A DNA stretch of 63,912 bases, the filler included, from Cercozoa sp. M6MM (Eukaryota > Protista > Endomyxa: Ascetosporea): the NCBI GenBank assembly GCA_040357565.1. It is 14 parts of 14 records of this genome, joined end to end, with 100 filler letters (N's around TTAATTAATTAA, not from the genome) between each part and the next. Parts side by side here need not be neighbours in the genome. Positions count along the whole stretch, not along the records: positions 1 to 4,371 come from JBDODJ010001158.1; positions 4,472 to 17,593 come from JBDODJ010000363.1; 12 more parts are not named here. One strand, given 5' to 3'. Position numbers and translations under genes: made by a program. Shown here one piece after another: positions 1-12,999 of the stretch (position 1 is the first letter of the stretch; every line of letters starts with the position of its first letter). The notes under the pieces were generated by a model that was given only the letters and a program-made list of their open reading frames with translations, did not search any database and was not told where the DNA came from.

Positions 1-48
<48 letters not shown>

Positions 49-102
49 AGGGGGAGGGGGAGGGTTGTTGACACTGGGATTTATACTGGTGTTGCTGGGC
101 AG

Positions 103-2703
103 AAACGAGAGGCGGCAGAGGGCGACCGCGGCGTGTCGGGCAAGCGCGAGTCGGCCTCGGTGACTGCCTCCGTGGTGGGCGGCAAGACTGCCCTCGAGGG
201 GGATGGCGACCTGCGCGAACTGGCCGACACGGTGCTGGAGGCGCTGGCTAAGCTGGTGCGGCACGCCGGGACGCACATGCAGCGCTTCCTGCCGGCGCTG
301 ATGGAGGCTGTGCACTCGCACTGGACGACGTCACTGCCGCGTGTGCTCGTGCTGTACCTGAGGCTATATCCTTCCTGCTATACTTCTGTTACTCCTTGCC
401 CTACCCACGTATCCTTCCCTGCATGCAGGTGTGTGGAGCTGTCGCGCGTGCTGCAGGACGAGTTCAAAGTGTACGTGAGCGACCTGGTGCACCGCATGCT
501 GCATGTGCTACAGACGCGGCCTGTGCAGCGACATGAGCTCACTGGTATGCCCTCCCCACCCTGTATCTCTGTATTCCTGTATCCCTGTATCTCTGTATCC
601 CTGTATCTCTGTATCCCTGTATCTCTGTATCCCTGTATCTCTGTATCCCTGTATCTCTGTATCCCTGGGTCTCTGTATCCCTGTGTTCCCTTACACCTAC
701 CCTTCCGCATTAGGCGCAGGCAGTACGCTAGAGGAGCTGCGCATGCCGCGATACACGGTGCGCAACCAGGTGCAAGTGCTGCGCGGGCTGACGTGCTTTG
801 CGCGGTCGCTGGAGGACCACTTGTTCCTGGTGCTGCCGGCGCTGGCCGAGGTGCTGTCGTCTCCGTCGCGCGGCATGCGCGTGCGCGTGGAGGCGGTGTG
901 TGCCACCACGCAGGTGGTGCGCCGTCTGCCGGGCGAGTCGCTGCCCTTCATCAGTCGCGTGGCGCACCCGCTGCTTCGTCTGGTGTCGGGCGACGACTCG
1001 GCCGGTGTGCTAGCAGGAGACGAGTTCGCCGTAATCAACCTGGGTGTCGCCGGCACGGGCGAGGTGCCGGTGCCGACCGAGCTGCGAGTGACGGCCTTGG
1101 ACGCTTTGTCGTCCCTGGTGGCCTGTCTGGGACTGTCGGCCACGGCACCTTTCTGTCACGCCCTGCACCGCGCGCGCGACCGCTCGCTGGCACTCAAGAG
1201 CGGCATGTCCGTGGCCGGACTGGGCCTCGCCTTTGCCGACGCCGAGCAGCGGCCTGCGCGCGGCCGCAGCGGCGACGACGACGAGGTCTTCGAGGCCGAG
1301 CCATGGCAGCGCTTTGTGGCCGTGCAGCGCGCGCTGGATCGACCCTTTGTCACGCGCGCCGACGTGGAACTTCCGCTGCATGGCGTCGAGTGGCTGCACC
1401 TCCCGAGCGCCCGCAAGAAGGACACCAAGAGGGACAAGGACAAGGACAAGGACAAGGACAAGGACAAAGACAAAGACAAGCGTTCGCGCACTCCGTTCGC
1501 TACGCCCACACCGGAACTCGAATACAGCGTGTACCCCAACGTCGACGGACCGGCCGTGTATGGCGGCGGCATCCTCGAGGGCGTCAACACGATCCTCACG
1601 ACGCCGTATGCCGATGAAGACGGACTCGAAGAGCGCCTGACTACCAAACACACCGTCGATCAGGTAGCCTGCTGGGGTAGTTGGGGTGTTGGTGTATAGG
1701 AGTATAGGGGTGTAGGGGCTGTAGAAAAGTATTTGTTATGCAAACGTACGCACGTGCAGGAGCGGCTGAGTCGCGCGTGGTCGAGCGAGACGCGCAGCAC
1801 GCGCGAAGACTGGCACGACTGGATGCAGACGCTGTCAGTCGAGTTTATCCGGCACTCTCCGGCCGAGGCCGTGCGCGACTGTCACCAGCTTGCGCAACGA
1901 CATGTGCGGCTGGCGTACGACTTGTTCCACGTGGCCTTCCTGTCCTGCTACGTCGAGCTGCATGTAATCCCCCCCCCCCCCGAATCCCCTCCACATACTC
2001 ATCTGTGCCTCGGTCAGGACTGGCGGCGCGACGACCTGGTGCACGAGCTGGAGCGCAGCATGACGTCGGCGTCGCTGCCAACGGAACTGCTGCAGATGCT
2101 GCTGGTGCTGGCCGAGCTGATGCAGAACCAGGACATGCCGTTGCCGATGGACGCAGCGCAGCTGTCCTCCCTGTCGCAGCAGTGCCATGCCAACGCCAAG
2201 GCACTGTACTACAAGGAGTGCGAGTTCCGCGATGGCGCCTACAAGGACGCCCTACAGACCTACGAGTCTCTCATCGCGCTGCACAAGCAGCTTGGCCAGG
2301 TAGCTTCACCATATCCCTCTCTTCCCTCACCCCTACCCCCCCCCCCCCCCCCCCCCCCCAGCCCGAGACAGCTGTGGGTATCCTGCGCATGTGCGTAAAC
2401 GACGCTGACGTCGCCGATGGTTTCGCCAACGGCAGTGGCGGCGACATGCGCGCGGACTTCCGCGCGGACACGGGGTCGGAACTGCACGAGTCGTGGTACG
2501 AGAAACTGTCGCGGTGGAGCGACGCGCTGCGCGTGTACGAGCGCAAGCAGCTCACGGCGCCGACCGACCTGCAGCTGACGCTCGGTCGCATGCGCTGTCT
2601 GCGCGCACTGGGCGAGTGGGAACGCCTTCAGTCGCTCGGCAATGCCGTCTGGCTGTACGCTTTGTCCAACAGGGGGGAGTAAAAGGCTAAATGCATAATG
2701 TGT

Positions 2704-2758
<55 letters not shown>

Positions 2759-3066
2759 CGCCTGCCGTCGAACTCGCCGCTGCAGGCGCCGGTGGCGGAG
2801 TTGTCGTGCTGGTCGGCGTGGAACCTGGCGCGCTGGCCGGACCTGCGCACCTTCGTGGGCGCCCTGGACAGCGGCAGCGTGGCCCATTCCTTCTTCCGCG
2901 CCGTGCTGGCTGCACACAAGTACTTGAGCCCTCTCCCCCCTTCTCCCTTTGTGTTGACCTACTGCCCCTGCAGTAACGAGTACGACGAGGCCAGGAAGTA
3001 CGTGGCCTGCACTCGCGAGATGCTGGATAGTGCTGTGATTGCCCTCGTCGGGTATTCCCTGCCTGC

Positions 3067-3156
<90 letters not shown>

Positions 3157-4267
3157 ACTACCTGAGCATGTGTGTGCGTGCCTATGTGCATGTGTGTATG
3201 TGCGTATAGTGAGTCCTACGAGCGCGCCTACGACCAGATAGTGCTGCTGCAGATGCTAGTGGAACTGGAGGAGGTCGTGCAGTACAAGAGCGCGCCGGTG
3301 CAGCGCGAGCGACTGCGCGCAACGTGGCGACGTCGTCTCGCCGGCTGCCGCAGCGACGTGGACGTCTGGCAGAAACTGCTGGCCGTTCGGTCGATGGTGC
3401 TGGCGCCGCAGGATGACGCACACACCTGGGTACGCTTCGCGCGTCTGTGCCGCCAGTCGGGCCGACTGGGTGCCTCGCGACGCGTGCTCCTGGGCCTCAC
3501 GCAGGCGCTACCAGTGACGCCGCTGGACATGCGTAGTCGTAAATCCCTTCCTTAGCCCTGCCTCTTCCCTATGTCCGACCCTTGCTTCTATGTCCTACCT
3601 AGGTGTCTATACCTGGAATTTGTGTGTGGTGTGATAGCGGCGGACTCTACGGTTGCGCATACGCGAGCACATGTGGAATTGGCCTACTTGCGACACATGT
3701 GGCACGCCGGCGATCGCGTGGCGGCCACGCAGGAGCTGCAGCAGCTCGTGGTTCGGTTGACGCCGGCTGCCGACTCGGAGCGACAGCTGCGGGTGCCGTC
3801 GGTAACCTTGCCTTGTCTATCTTACCCCCCCCCCCCCTCCAGTTATCCCTATGCAACCTCATGGACAGAAGGAGCGGGAGTTGCGAACCGAGGCAGCAGC
3901 GACGCCGTCGCCGTTCAATGCGCTGCTGTCGAAGTGTCACCTGCAGCTGGGCAACTGGCTACGCGAGCAGGCCGAGCAGTCCGACGACGACGGCAGCGAA
4001 GCCGCCGTGCTGCGACAGCTGCGCGAGTCGACACTGCGTGCGCCCAACTCCTACTCAGCCTGGCACGCCTGGGCACTCATGAACTACCACGTCGTGGCTC
4101 GCTTCGATGTAGGCTTCTGCATATGTCCCTCTGTGACACGTCTCCTCCGAACACCTGTGTATTTGCAGGAGAGGGACCGAGTGCGCGCCATGACCGACTC
4201 GTCCGGCGAACGCGAGCGACGACGCATGCTGGCGAAACTGCGACTCGGCAACACTTACGTTGTGCCT
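103..4267 (+). CDS. TOR: TOR kinase, internal fragment (late HEAT repeats + FAT domain); multi-exon, partial at both ends
   Basis: Spliced exons give TOR-specific motifs: STREDWHDWMQTLSVEFIRHSP, CHANAKALYYKECEF, ESWYEKLSRWSDAL, TLGRMRCLRALGEW, GESYERAY, DVDVWQKLLAVRSMVL, SAWHAWALMNY. About 12 GT-AG introns restore the frame. Confidence 0.95.
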
Positions 4268-4305
4268 GTAGGCTGCTTCCATCCCTTCATGCACTGTCTT
4301 AATCC

Positions 4306-4371
<66 letters not shown>

Positions 4372-4471
4372 NNNNNNNNNNNNNNNNNNNNNNNNNNNNN
4401 NNNNNNNNNNNNNNNTTAATTAATTAANNNNNNNNNNNNNNNNNNNNNNNNNNNNNNNNNNNNNNNNNNNN
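4372..4471. other. Artificial contig linker (44N-TTAATTAATTAA-44N)
   Basis: The identical six-frame-stop spacer has its core at 4416, 17638, 25964, 27704, 29454, 32968, 38934, 42130, 48297, 54559, 57012, 61012 and 62818. Confidence 0.98.
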
Positions 4472-4539
<68 letters not shown>

Positions 4540-4540
<1 letters not shown>

Positions 4541-4770
4541 GAAGTTGGACGAGTTTGTGCGCACGTTTGTGTCGCGCATGTTCCGTGAGCAAGACGCGCC
4601 CAAGTGGGTGTTTGATGCGCTCGCTGCTGTGCACGTGTGTTGCTCTCATGCCTTCTGGCACGAACGTTGCTGTTCTAGTATGCAAAACTTCTTCCATGTA
4701 GATTGAGCTGCCGCGCCGTTTCCCGGACAAGGAGCATTCGGCCGAGATGCTGCAGGTGCAGGCCGACTAG
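4540..4770 (+). CDS. 3' end of an unidentified gene (two exons)
   Basis: KLDEFVRTFVSRMFREQDAPKW|IELPRRFPDKEHSAEMLQVQAD*, with a GT-AG intron and GC-rich codons. Confidence 0.55.
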
Positions 4771-5019
4771 CGTAATGGTAGTAGAACACCCAACCGGGAA
4801 AGAGATGGAGCTTTGCCATTCCGGTCTTGTCGTTCCGGTTTTCTTGAGTTAGCTGACGGTGTTAGACCCGAATGATCACCACAGAGTGCCCATGCAATAA
4901 AACAGAACTGGCGCCAGTTAATTAACTATGGTGCGACTGGATGCATGGCGCCATATCGACTTTAATTCACCGACGCCGGCCGTGCCAGTGTGTACAGGAG
5001 TGTGCTGGGTCGTTGGCGT

Positions 5020-5488
5020 CTACATGGTCATGCCGCCCGTCTTGGCACCGCGAGCGTCGACCTCGGCCTTGAGCTGGCACGCCGAGCACGGGGCGCAGCA
5101 GCAGCCGAAGATGATGTCGTTGACGCAGTTGCCGTCGACACCGTAGCCCTCGCGGATCACGTTGCGCAGGACCGACGGCGTCACGCAGAGGCAGTTGAAG
5201 CACTGAGACACACAGCAAATTGAGCTAGACAGGTTTATTTCCACCGCGGAACTGCCTCGTGTGTACCCAGTTCGACGAGTCGTACTCGTTGCGGATCGAC
5301 GCGTTGGCGCACGGAGTGCAGCAGCACGCGAACAGGCAGAAACCTATCAAACCAAGGCAAGGCAAACATCACGAAAAAACAAACAAAAATAAAAATGAAC
5401 GTCACACCACATCACACAGCAAAAAACAAAAGCACTCACCGACACCCGGCGCGGTGCAGTCAAAGATTCCGTTGTTGAAGTCGCTCAT
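5020..5488 (-). CDS. PLAC8-family cysteine-rich protein (3 exons)
   Basis: MSDFNNGIFDC...FCLFACCCTPC...LRNVIREGYGVDGNCVNDIIFGCCCAPCSACQLKAEV matches the PLAC8 pattern. Confidence 0.88.
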
Positions 5489-6042
5489 AGTACTACAATG
5501 GGAACAGGTAGAGCAACTCGAAAGTGCAGAAAAGGGGGACAGAGTCAAAAAGCAGCAAAGCAGGCCAACAGCAACAAGTAGCGAGTGTACATGTAGTTGT
5601 GGTTGTAGAAACAAATGCAGAACAAGCTGTGGTGTGCGAGGCCTCTCACTCAACAAGTGCGCTTTGTCGGCTGAGTGATCAAACTTGTTGTGCTCATCCT
5701 CATTGAGACATTCCGATCATTGTGATCAGTCGGGTACGATCACTGGTGATCACCGCAACAGGCCGATCAAAACACGTGGCGTATTTTTAATGCGCATTTC
5801 CCTTGTACTACACCAAGTGATCGGCACTGTATCTACTGAAAAATCCTCAGCCACGCTTGTTGTGCGCACAGGTGTTCCTGATTTATAACGAGGTGACGTT
5901 ATTGTTAAGCATTCTTAAAGCGATTATCAGTCGTTTTTTGGCTTTTAAAAATATTGTGTTGTGCCTCCTTAACAAAAATCGGTTTACCACCATCTGTCAA
6001 AGCAGCCTTGGCCGGCTTCTATTGTAACAGTGTCTGTGAGCT

Positions 6043-7305
6043 ATGTCGGCTGACGACGGCCCAGCCCTGCATGACTTCTCGTCGCTCGTCGACGAGGAAA
6101 TTCCTCGAATCCAAGCACTCGTTTCAAGCGGTGTAGGTTGCTTTTAAGGCCTATGAGTGCTCGAATTGCAATTTTGCTAGCTTTTGTGGCGGAAAGTGCA
6201 AGGAAAGTGAATTATTGTGATCCGGATGGGATCTTTTTTCGTCTGCTTTCTTTTTGGTCTGCGTGTGTTTTAACTTCAGTTTTTACCCGACTCTGTGTAA
6301 CAAGCAGAGCGTGACTCCCGGCGATGCCGTGGCTCAGCTTCTCGATATCGAGAAGAAGACGCGTCTGGGTGGCGACTCCCCCTCAACAACGAAGCTCGCC
6401 AAGGCGATACTTGATACCTGGTACTCATGCCATGAAACTTCGAGTGCCATCTGTGCCAGTGTCTATGATAACTCGTACGCACGCATGTGACACAGGGCAG
6501 CGGTCGGTGACTGGCAGCAGTTTGCCGAGGCGGTGGATACTCTGGCGAAGCGGCGCGCCCAGATGAAGCAAGTGATCATCACGACAATTCAGTTCTCGAT
6601 GGAGCGCGCCAACGAAGTGAGCGATGCTGAGACCAAGATCAAGCTGTTTGCGGCCCTCCGCGATGCAACTGAAGGCAAGATTTACGTTGAGCTGGAGGTA
6701 AGCTGGTCTTGTTCTTTTTTTTTTGAAACAACAAAGCGTTGATTTTTAGCGTGCTCGACTGACGCGCAAACTGTCGCAACTGTACGAGGAATCCGGTCAA
6801 ATCGAGAAAGCGAGCGATGTTCTGCAGACTATGCAAGTGGAAACTGTCACCAGGTACATTTGTGTACTGTGGATTGTTACATCTGTGAGAGGGAGCTTAC
6901 TCTGCCATCACAGTATGGAACTCGCCGAGAAAGCCGACTACATGCTGGAGCAATTCCGCCTGACGCTCGACACGGACGACCTCATGCGCGCTGAGCTCGT
7001 CAAGAACAAGGTTTCATGTTTTATGCCGTGTTTTCAAGACTATGACCCTTCACACTTCATGTTTTTGTTCAGGTCTACCCTGAGAAACTCAAGGGCAGCA
7101 CCGAACTTGACGAAATCAAGCTGCGTTACCACCAGCTCTGTGTGCGCTTCTTCACTTGGTACCCGCAACACCACCATCAAGTATTTTATCCGTCTCAAAC
7201 ACGCGCTTGTGTTTTGTTGCACAGCAAGCGGGATGCCCTGGCGATCGCACAAAACTATCGTGCTGCCTACGATTCGCCGCTCCTGCACGTACACACACGC
7301 ACACA

Positions 7306-7336
<31 letters not shown>

Positions 7337-8550
7337 GGTTTCATTTATTGCATTTGCTTTTAGCCAAAGAAACAGGACGAGCAAAAGCCCACGGACGAGG
7401 ACAAAATGAAGACCGACGAGGTACAAAAGCATGTCTGTAATTAACTAGTGTGTAAGCGAGTTTCGTTCCGTGTGGCAGGACGAGAAGGAGCAAGAGCAGG
7501 CGAACGAGCAGACAGAGGCGCAGATGCAGCAGGCGGAGGCACAGGCCGATGAGCTGTTCAAGCGTGCCGTTATGTTCGCCGCCCTGGCACCACGCGACAT
7601 GACGCAGGTTCTTCGTCTCTGTGCCAATGTCTGTGTATAACTTTTTATCGTGGCTGTTTCTAGGCCTCGTTGCTGCAAGACCTGAAGTTGCGACACAAGA
7701 AACGCCTGCAGCGCTTGCCTCATGTACTCCTGCTGTGTTCCCTCTCGTTGTGTCTCTGCATTCACTGAATGGTTTACACATGTGCAGGAGCAACAAGCGC
7801 TCGAGTGGCTTGTGTCGGATCGACTCATTCCGTGGCAGCTGCCGCCTAATGAGCAGGTACTGTGGTGCTTGTATAGTGTTGTTGTTATTGTTGTTGTTGT
7901 TGTTGTTGAGTGCATGTGAATGTGAATGTGAATGTTTGAATTGTGTAGGTTCTCCCGTGCTTCTCGCAGTGGCGCTCGCACCCGTGTTTCAAGCAGGTAC
8001 GCGACATCACGAACGTTAGACCAGGAGCATCAGTTTAGACGTTCGGTTGAATGTGCACATGTGGTTCGCAGGAGGACCCGGACCTGGCGGTTGAGGACAA
8101 GTCACGGTGGACCACGCTGCACCGTCGCGTCGTGCAGCACAACGTGCGCGTTATTGCCAAGTTCTATTCGCGGATACGCCTTAACCGCATGGCCCAGGTA
8201 CCGACGTGGTTCCTTGTGGTCCCACAAGAGCGGTGTACTGGTGTTTTGTTTGGACAGCTGCTGCGACTCGACGAACCGATGACGGAGAAGATCGTGTGTG
8301 AACTCGTGCAGCGTGATGATGTACCTGTACCCATAGTGTCCGTGTGGGCTGTTTGCTTGACAAGCAGGCATTCCGTGCATAGGTGTGGGCACGTATTGAT
8401 CGGCCAGCCGGTGTCGTCCACTTTGTGCGTCATCAGCCCAAGGAGCAGGTTCTCGACGCCTGGGGCAGTGAGGTCGCGCTTTTGCTGAAGAAGATCGAAC
8501 GCACCACGCACCTCATCGAGAAGGAAAACATGGTGCATGCCGTGCAATAA
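6043..8550 (+). CDS. PSMD12: 26S proteasome regulatory subunit RPN5 (15 exons)
   Basis: Motifs IEKKTRLGGD, LAKRRAQMKQ, TEGKIYVELERARLT, LHRRVVQHNVRVIAKFYSRI, ARIDRPAGVV, THLIEKENMVH. Confidence 0.95.
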
Positions 8551-8999
8551 TCACCAGCGACTGGTTGCCAGCGTGCGGACCCGAACTGCCACGGTGGTGT
8601 GTGAGTGAAGGAAACGGATCTATGCCTCCGGGCTCAGCGTTCGAGTGTCAGAGTTAGTACGGTACGGTACACGTACCCACGTACGGTAGCTAGACATTCG
8701 CACTCGGCTAGTGTACTGCGCTGTGCGTCCGAATGCGTCTCGGCCCCGGTGCGTGTACTGCAAGTAATATGGTCCGTTGCGAGTAAGTATCATGCCATGG
8801 CAGGCGATTTCAATCAATGTAAAATTAACATTTCTATTTGAGGTTTCTTTGGTTTCTAACTGTGCGAAACGCCACAAATGCACCAAGTTGTGACCACCCC
8901 CAACTTAAGCACTAGAAGCTGGTGGACCCGTATTTGTGCCCTCTAGTAAGCATACTGTCGAGCACCGGTTTGTTTTAGACTCGACATCCAGGGATCGAG

Positions 9000-11237
9000 A
9001 TGTTCTCGTCGCAATACCAAGACGGGCCCTGCGTGGAAGTGTGGTCTGCGCAAGGACGGCAACAGACGGGCAAACGCGCCCCCGCCTGCAAGGGAATGGT
9101 TCGAAAGTACGACAAGCACGTCAAAGGTTACGTGCTGGAAGCGCCGAGTGCACAATCAAAACTGCAGTACCCGTCGAGTTCGACTCTTGGACTGACTCAA
9201 AGCGTCCTTTGCTTGCAATTGAACACCGGCGAAAACTGCGCCATCGAAGTCAATATTCTCGATAGCGACAAATGCAGGTACGTTTACAATCCTTTCGTCC
9301 ATTTCAAATGCTCAACTTATGCACTTGACTGAAGGAGGCGCATCGTGTTGAGCACGGCATGCAAGGAGTTGAAGGCAGTGACACCTCTGCATTGCCGTCT
9401 CCCGCTGCAAGTCGTCCAACGGAACTGGATCACGCTGTGCATTGATCTAGACGATTTGTGTGCGCGTCATTTTCGGTGTGCACTTCGGAGTATCTCTGGC
9501 GTCACGCTAACTGGCATCTTTAAATTGTACCGGCGTCGTTTTGCTTTTGTGTATATTTTAGTGGAATGTCAAGCTGGACTTCTTTTGCCATAGACGACGA
9601 ATCTTCACGCTCCGCGACATGATCGAAGATCCGCTCGTGGACGAGCTTCCGCGTTCGGTCGACTTTGCGCCAGGTGTGAACGCAGCACTGGTGATACTAG
9701 ACGCTCAGTCGCTGCTTCACAACTCAACGAAGAAGCAAGCCGAACGTTCTTCTGCGGCAAGTCACGGTCGTCGATCGCGAGTCAGTGCCTCGAATTCGAA
9801 GAAGTCGTCACGCCACTCAAAGCTGCGGCGGCGCACACTAACACCACCGAGCTCAATGCACACAAATATTCCAACGTGTGGAGGCCAGGAGAATCGAAAT
9901 TCCAACATGTGGAGGCCAGGAGAAAGTGCGGTTCGACAAGAAGCACTCTGTTCTGCGTGCAACGAAGCTGATGTCGACGAAGCTCGAAACGGTCGCCGCA
10001 CGGATTTCTTTGGCATGCGCAGTGCTGTGTCGACAATTACAAGGCACGGTGAAGCTACGGGTACCAGCTACAGTCCGTTAATGTTGCACCATCGAGGTGA
10101 GAGTTCGAATCCAAACAATACCCGCATGTTGGACTCGGATAAACCTGAAGCAGCGAACAGCGAAGTCGACCTGACAATCCCCAGTCACAAGATGCCAATC
10201 CACTATCAGCATCCCATCGTCGGCACGGACAATGATGGTTCCTCTCATGTCAACGTTAACGTTGAAACACAACACTTGAACGGTGGGAACTACAACGAAG
10301 CTGGTCGTTCTCGGGACAGTCCACCGATGTCCCCTAAAGAAGACGAAGAATACGACCGGTGGGACGGACACACACCTGTGCATTCTGACCATCCACCGGA
10401 ACCGGTCGATGCGAGTCGTCCGAACTCTTCGCTTTCCGAAAACACCGTCAACATTCTCAAGGTGTCGGCCGACGAAGATACTCAAACTGCACATGCTGGT
10501 TTTCCCAACGCGACAGACGAGAGCGAGAGTTCCTTGAGCAGCAGCAAGCAGGCACTGTCGATTGTGCGAGACACTATCGAACACAAGCGTGCGCTGCTTA
10601 AACACAGACGCGACAAGTTGTTACGGTATCAATAGTTAATGTAACCGGTACTGACTAGCACTTCATTGAGAGAATGTTTCGTGAGCAGAATGCAGCGAGA
10701 ATTCGAGCTTGAGTTTGGCGAGAAGCTCGACATTGCCGCACCGGCCTCACTCAACAAAGAAGAGGACAATATCGACAATGCTGACACTGCACTCAAGGGC
10801 GAAGGGACAGATGGAAACGACAAAGAACAAACACACAACAACGACATCATTGAGCGCTGTGGATTTGAATTCGACACGGACACCACAAAAGCACCCAATG
10901 TAGGGTCCTCGAACACGCGTGTTGTTCTTAGCGAACAAAAGCCCGGTGACGAAGAAAGACACAGTGCCGTTCGACAAGACGAAACCACGGTCGAGTTGGC
11001 GGTCGCTCCCTCCAAAAGTAGCACTGGTTTCTATAAACTAAGCCCACCTTCAAGCAACACGAGCGAGAGCGAAATCGAACTTCTCTTCGACCCAATTCTG
11101 TACTATCGCGGCTCATCATGGGTACAGCGCCCCAGGAAAGCATGATTGAGTACTGTAGGAAACTGTATTACGACCCTCGAAGCAAGAAGTACTACCAGGC
11201 CACATCGCGTGCCACTGCTGAAATTTACAGTAGCTGA
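9000..11237 (+). CDS. CFAP20DC: CFAP20-domain-containing protein (C3orf67-like)
   Basis: N-terminal MFSSQYQDGPCVEVWSAQG...VRKYDKHVKGYVL...LGLTQSVLCLQL (DUF667/CFAP20 domain), a long disordered middle, and C-terminal LLFDPILKLYYDPRSKKYY. Confidence 0.85.
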
Positions 11238-11498
11238 AATTAATGAGCCGACTACGTTCTCCAGGAACCGTTGCTACTATCAACTTCGCTACACTGCGCG
11301 CGCAGTACTGTGCGGTACTTGAACGTTAGTGCATTAAATCAAAAGTGTTAGAACAGTAGAGGCCGCCGATTTCGTTTCAGTTCGGTTCAAGTTTTCAAAT
11401 TCAAGGTTCAATTCAGTTCTACCGATCGGCGGCGTGACATGTACAGTGCGCGTGATGAGAGTCCTGTTTGTCCCGACTGGCACAGACACATGCAGGCG

Positions 11499-12335
11499 TT
11501 AAAAGTCGATAAACTTTACGTTCTCGACAGTGACGGCCTCCCAGTGGTGCTCGCGCTGCCAGCGGCGCAGAGAACGCCAGAGGTTCTCCACGTTCATGCG
11601 ATGCAACTCAACTCGCAGACTGTGCACACAGTGCAGTACAGTACACACTCAGGAACTAGAAGCTGCAGAGTGGCAACATCAACAAGCAGAGAAAATACAC
11701 TTCAGTTCGTGCATCGGTTGTGTTCTGGTCGTAGTACAGCGTAATTTCGCTGCCGTCGACGGTGGCCGTGAAAGTGGACACTCGTGGCTGTGTACAACAC
11801 ACAAATATAGTAGATACAGAGATAAGTGTGCTGTAGATATGAAAGTCACCTCCACCACCACTTGAACTGGCTCACGCATTTTGAGCGATTGCAACAGGCC
11901 ACATTGGCAGACTTTGTCAATCGACTCGGCGTCAGCCTGCTCTTCGCCTTCGTTCTCGTTCTCGTCCTCTTGCACAAAAAGGACGATCTCAACGGGCTCG
12001 CTGTCCGGCAGGCGCGGGACTTGCGGAGCTCCGACACGCTGTTCGAGCGTGATCAACTCGTCGTAGCGCTCGACGGCGTCGGCTGCTGCCGCGCAGCAGG
12101 GCGTCAGGGCGCGCACCAGGCGCAGCCACCAGCGGTGAAAAATGTTCTGCCATTGAACACACAGACACAAAATCTGCCTCAAAGAAACTCACCGACAACG
12201 ACACACAACAAAACTGAAACAACCAAACAACAACTCGATGCACACCAAACGCCAGAAGCACCGGCAGAGAGGAACCACAGTAGCCACCAGCAGCAGTTCA
12301 GACACTTTGACCCACGCTGAGACCAAACACACCAT
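11499..12335 (-). CDS. Hypothetical protein (multi-exon)
   Basis: Exons joinable by GT-AG introns (MVCLVSAW...NIFHRWWLRLVR...EDENENEGEEQ...). No family recognised; ends uncertain. Confidence 0.5.
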
Positions 12336-12999
12336 TTTTTATCAGGCGTGAAATCCCGGTCTACGCGCTCTCAGTAGTTGGCGTGTGATTTCGGAAACTC
12401 GGAAGTGCTTCGGGACAGGTTGAAACCAATGTTTGAAGCCAAGCACACATTTCTGAATGTTTCCCGCATAATCTGGGTCTAAATGGACCATAGAAACCAG
12501 CGACGACGTTAATGTATCCACGAGCGGTCTCGCAGCGCGCAAAAGCGCTTGGCATGGTTTAGCCAGAACTATTGAGAAACGACCCGCCAGCAAGAAGATT
12601 GCTAGATTAGGCATCCAAGGGTGCCCAACGGTTGCAAATATAACCACACAGCTCGCGGGACACCTTCAGGTACCCCGCAGCGCAGGGTGAAACAAGCTTG
12701 TTTTTCGCGTCAAAAACGATCATTCTGAGACACTGGCTGGCAGTAGGCTCATTGACCGCAGCTTTACCAGCAACCAAAAGTGAGTGCACACAAATACTAG
12801 CTGCTTGGGCACATCTCTGCATCTAACCAGCGACGATGAAGCGCAAATTTGAGTCATAGTTGTTTTTCGGTTGTAGCCACCTAACATTGTTTTGTTTGCG
12901 GCCGCATCGATCGGGAACCTGCTTACTCCTTAAGTTCCTTTTAGTTCCTTAATGCGGTATTTAACAGTCCAAGTAGGAAAACGAACGGCTGGAACAAAA

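Noticed and set aside
354-4168. Excess of stop-free 3n introns in TOR (354-428, 1964-2017, 2920-2973, 4109-4168)
   Set aside because: Four of twelve is not clearly above chance for short C-rich introns, and the sample is too small to infer relaxed NMD selection.
4416-4427. Recurring TTAATTAATTAA motif as a biological repeat or piggyBac-type site
   Set aside because: It is always centred in 44+44 N, so it is an artificial six-frame-stop linker. For the same reason, cross-contig gene neighbourhoods cannot be treated as a cluster.
6043-8550. Alternative genetic code, readthrough or non-canonical introns
   Set aside because: All conserved genes splice into open frames using GT-AG introns and the standard code, and TAA, TAG and TGA all serve as terminal stops.
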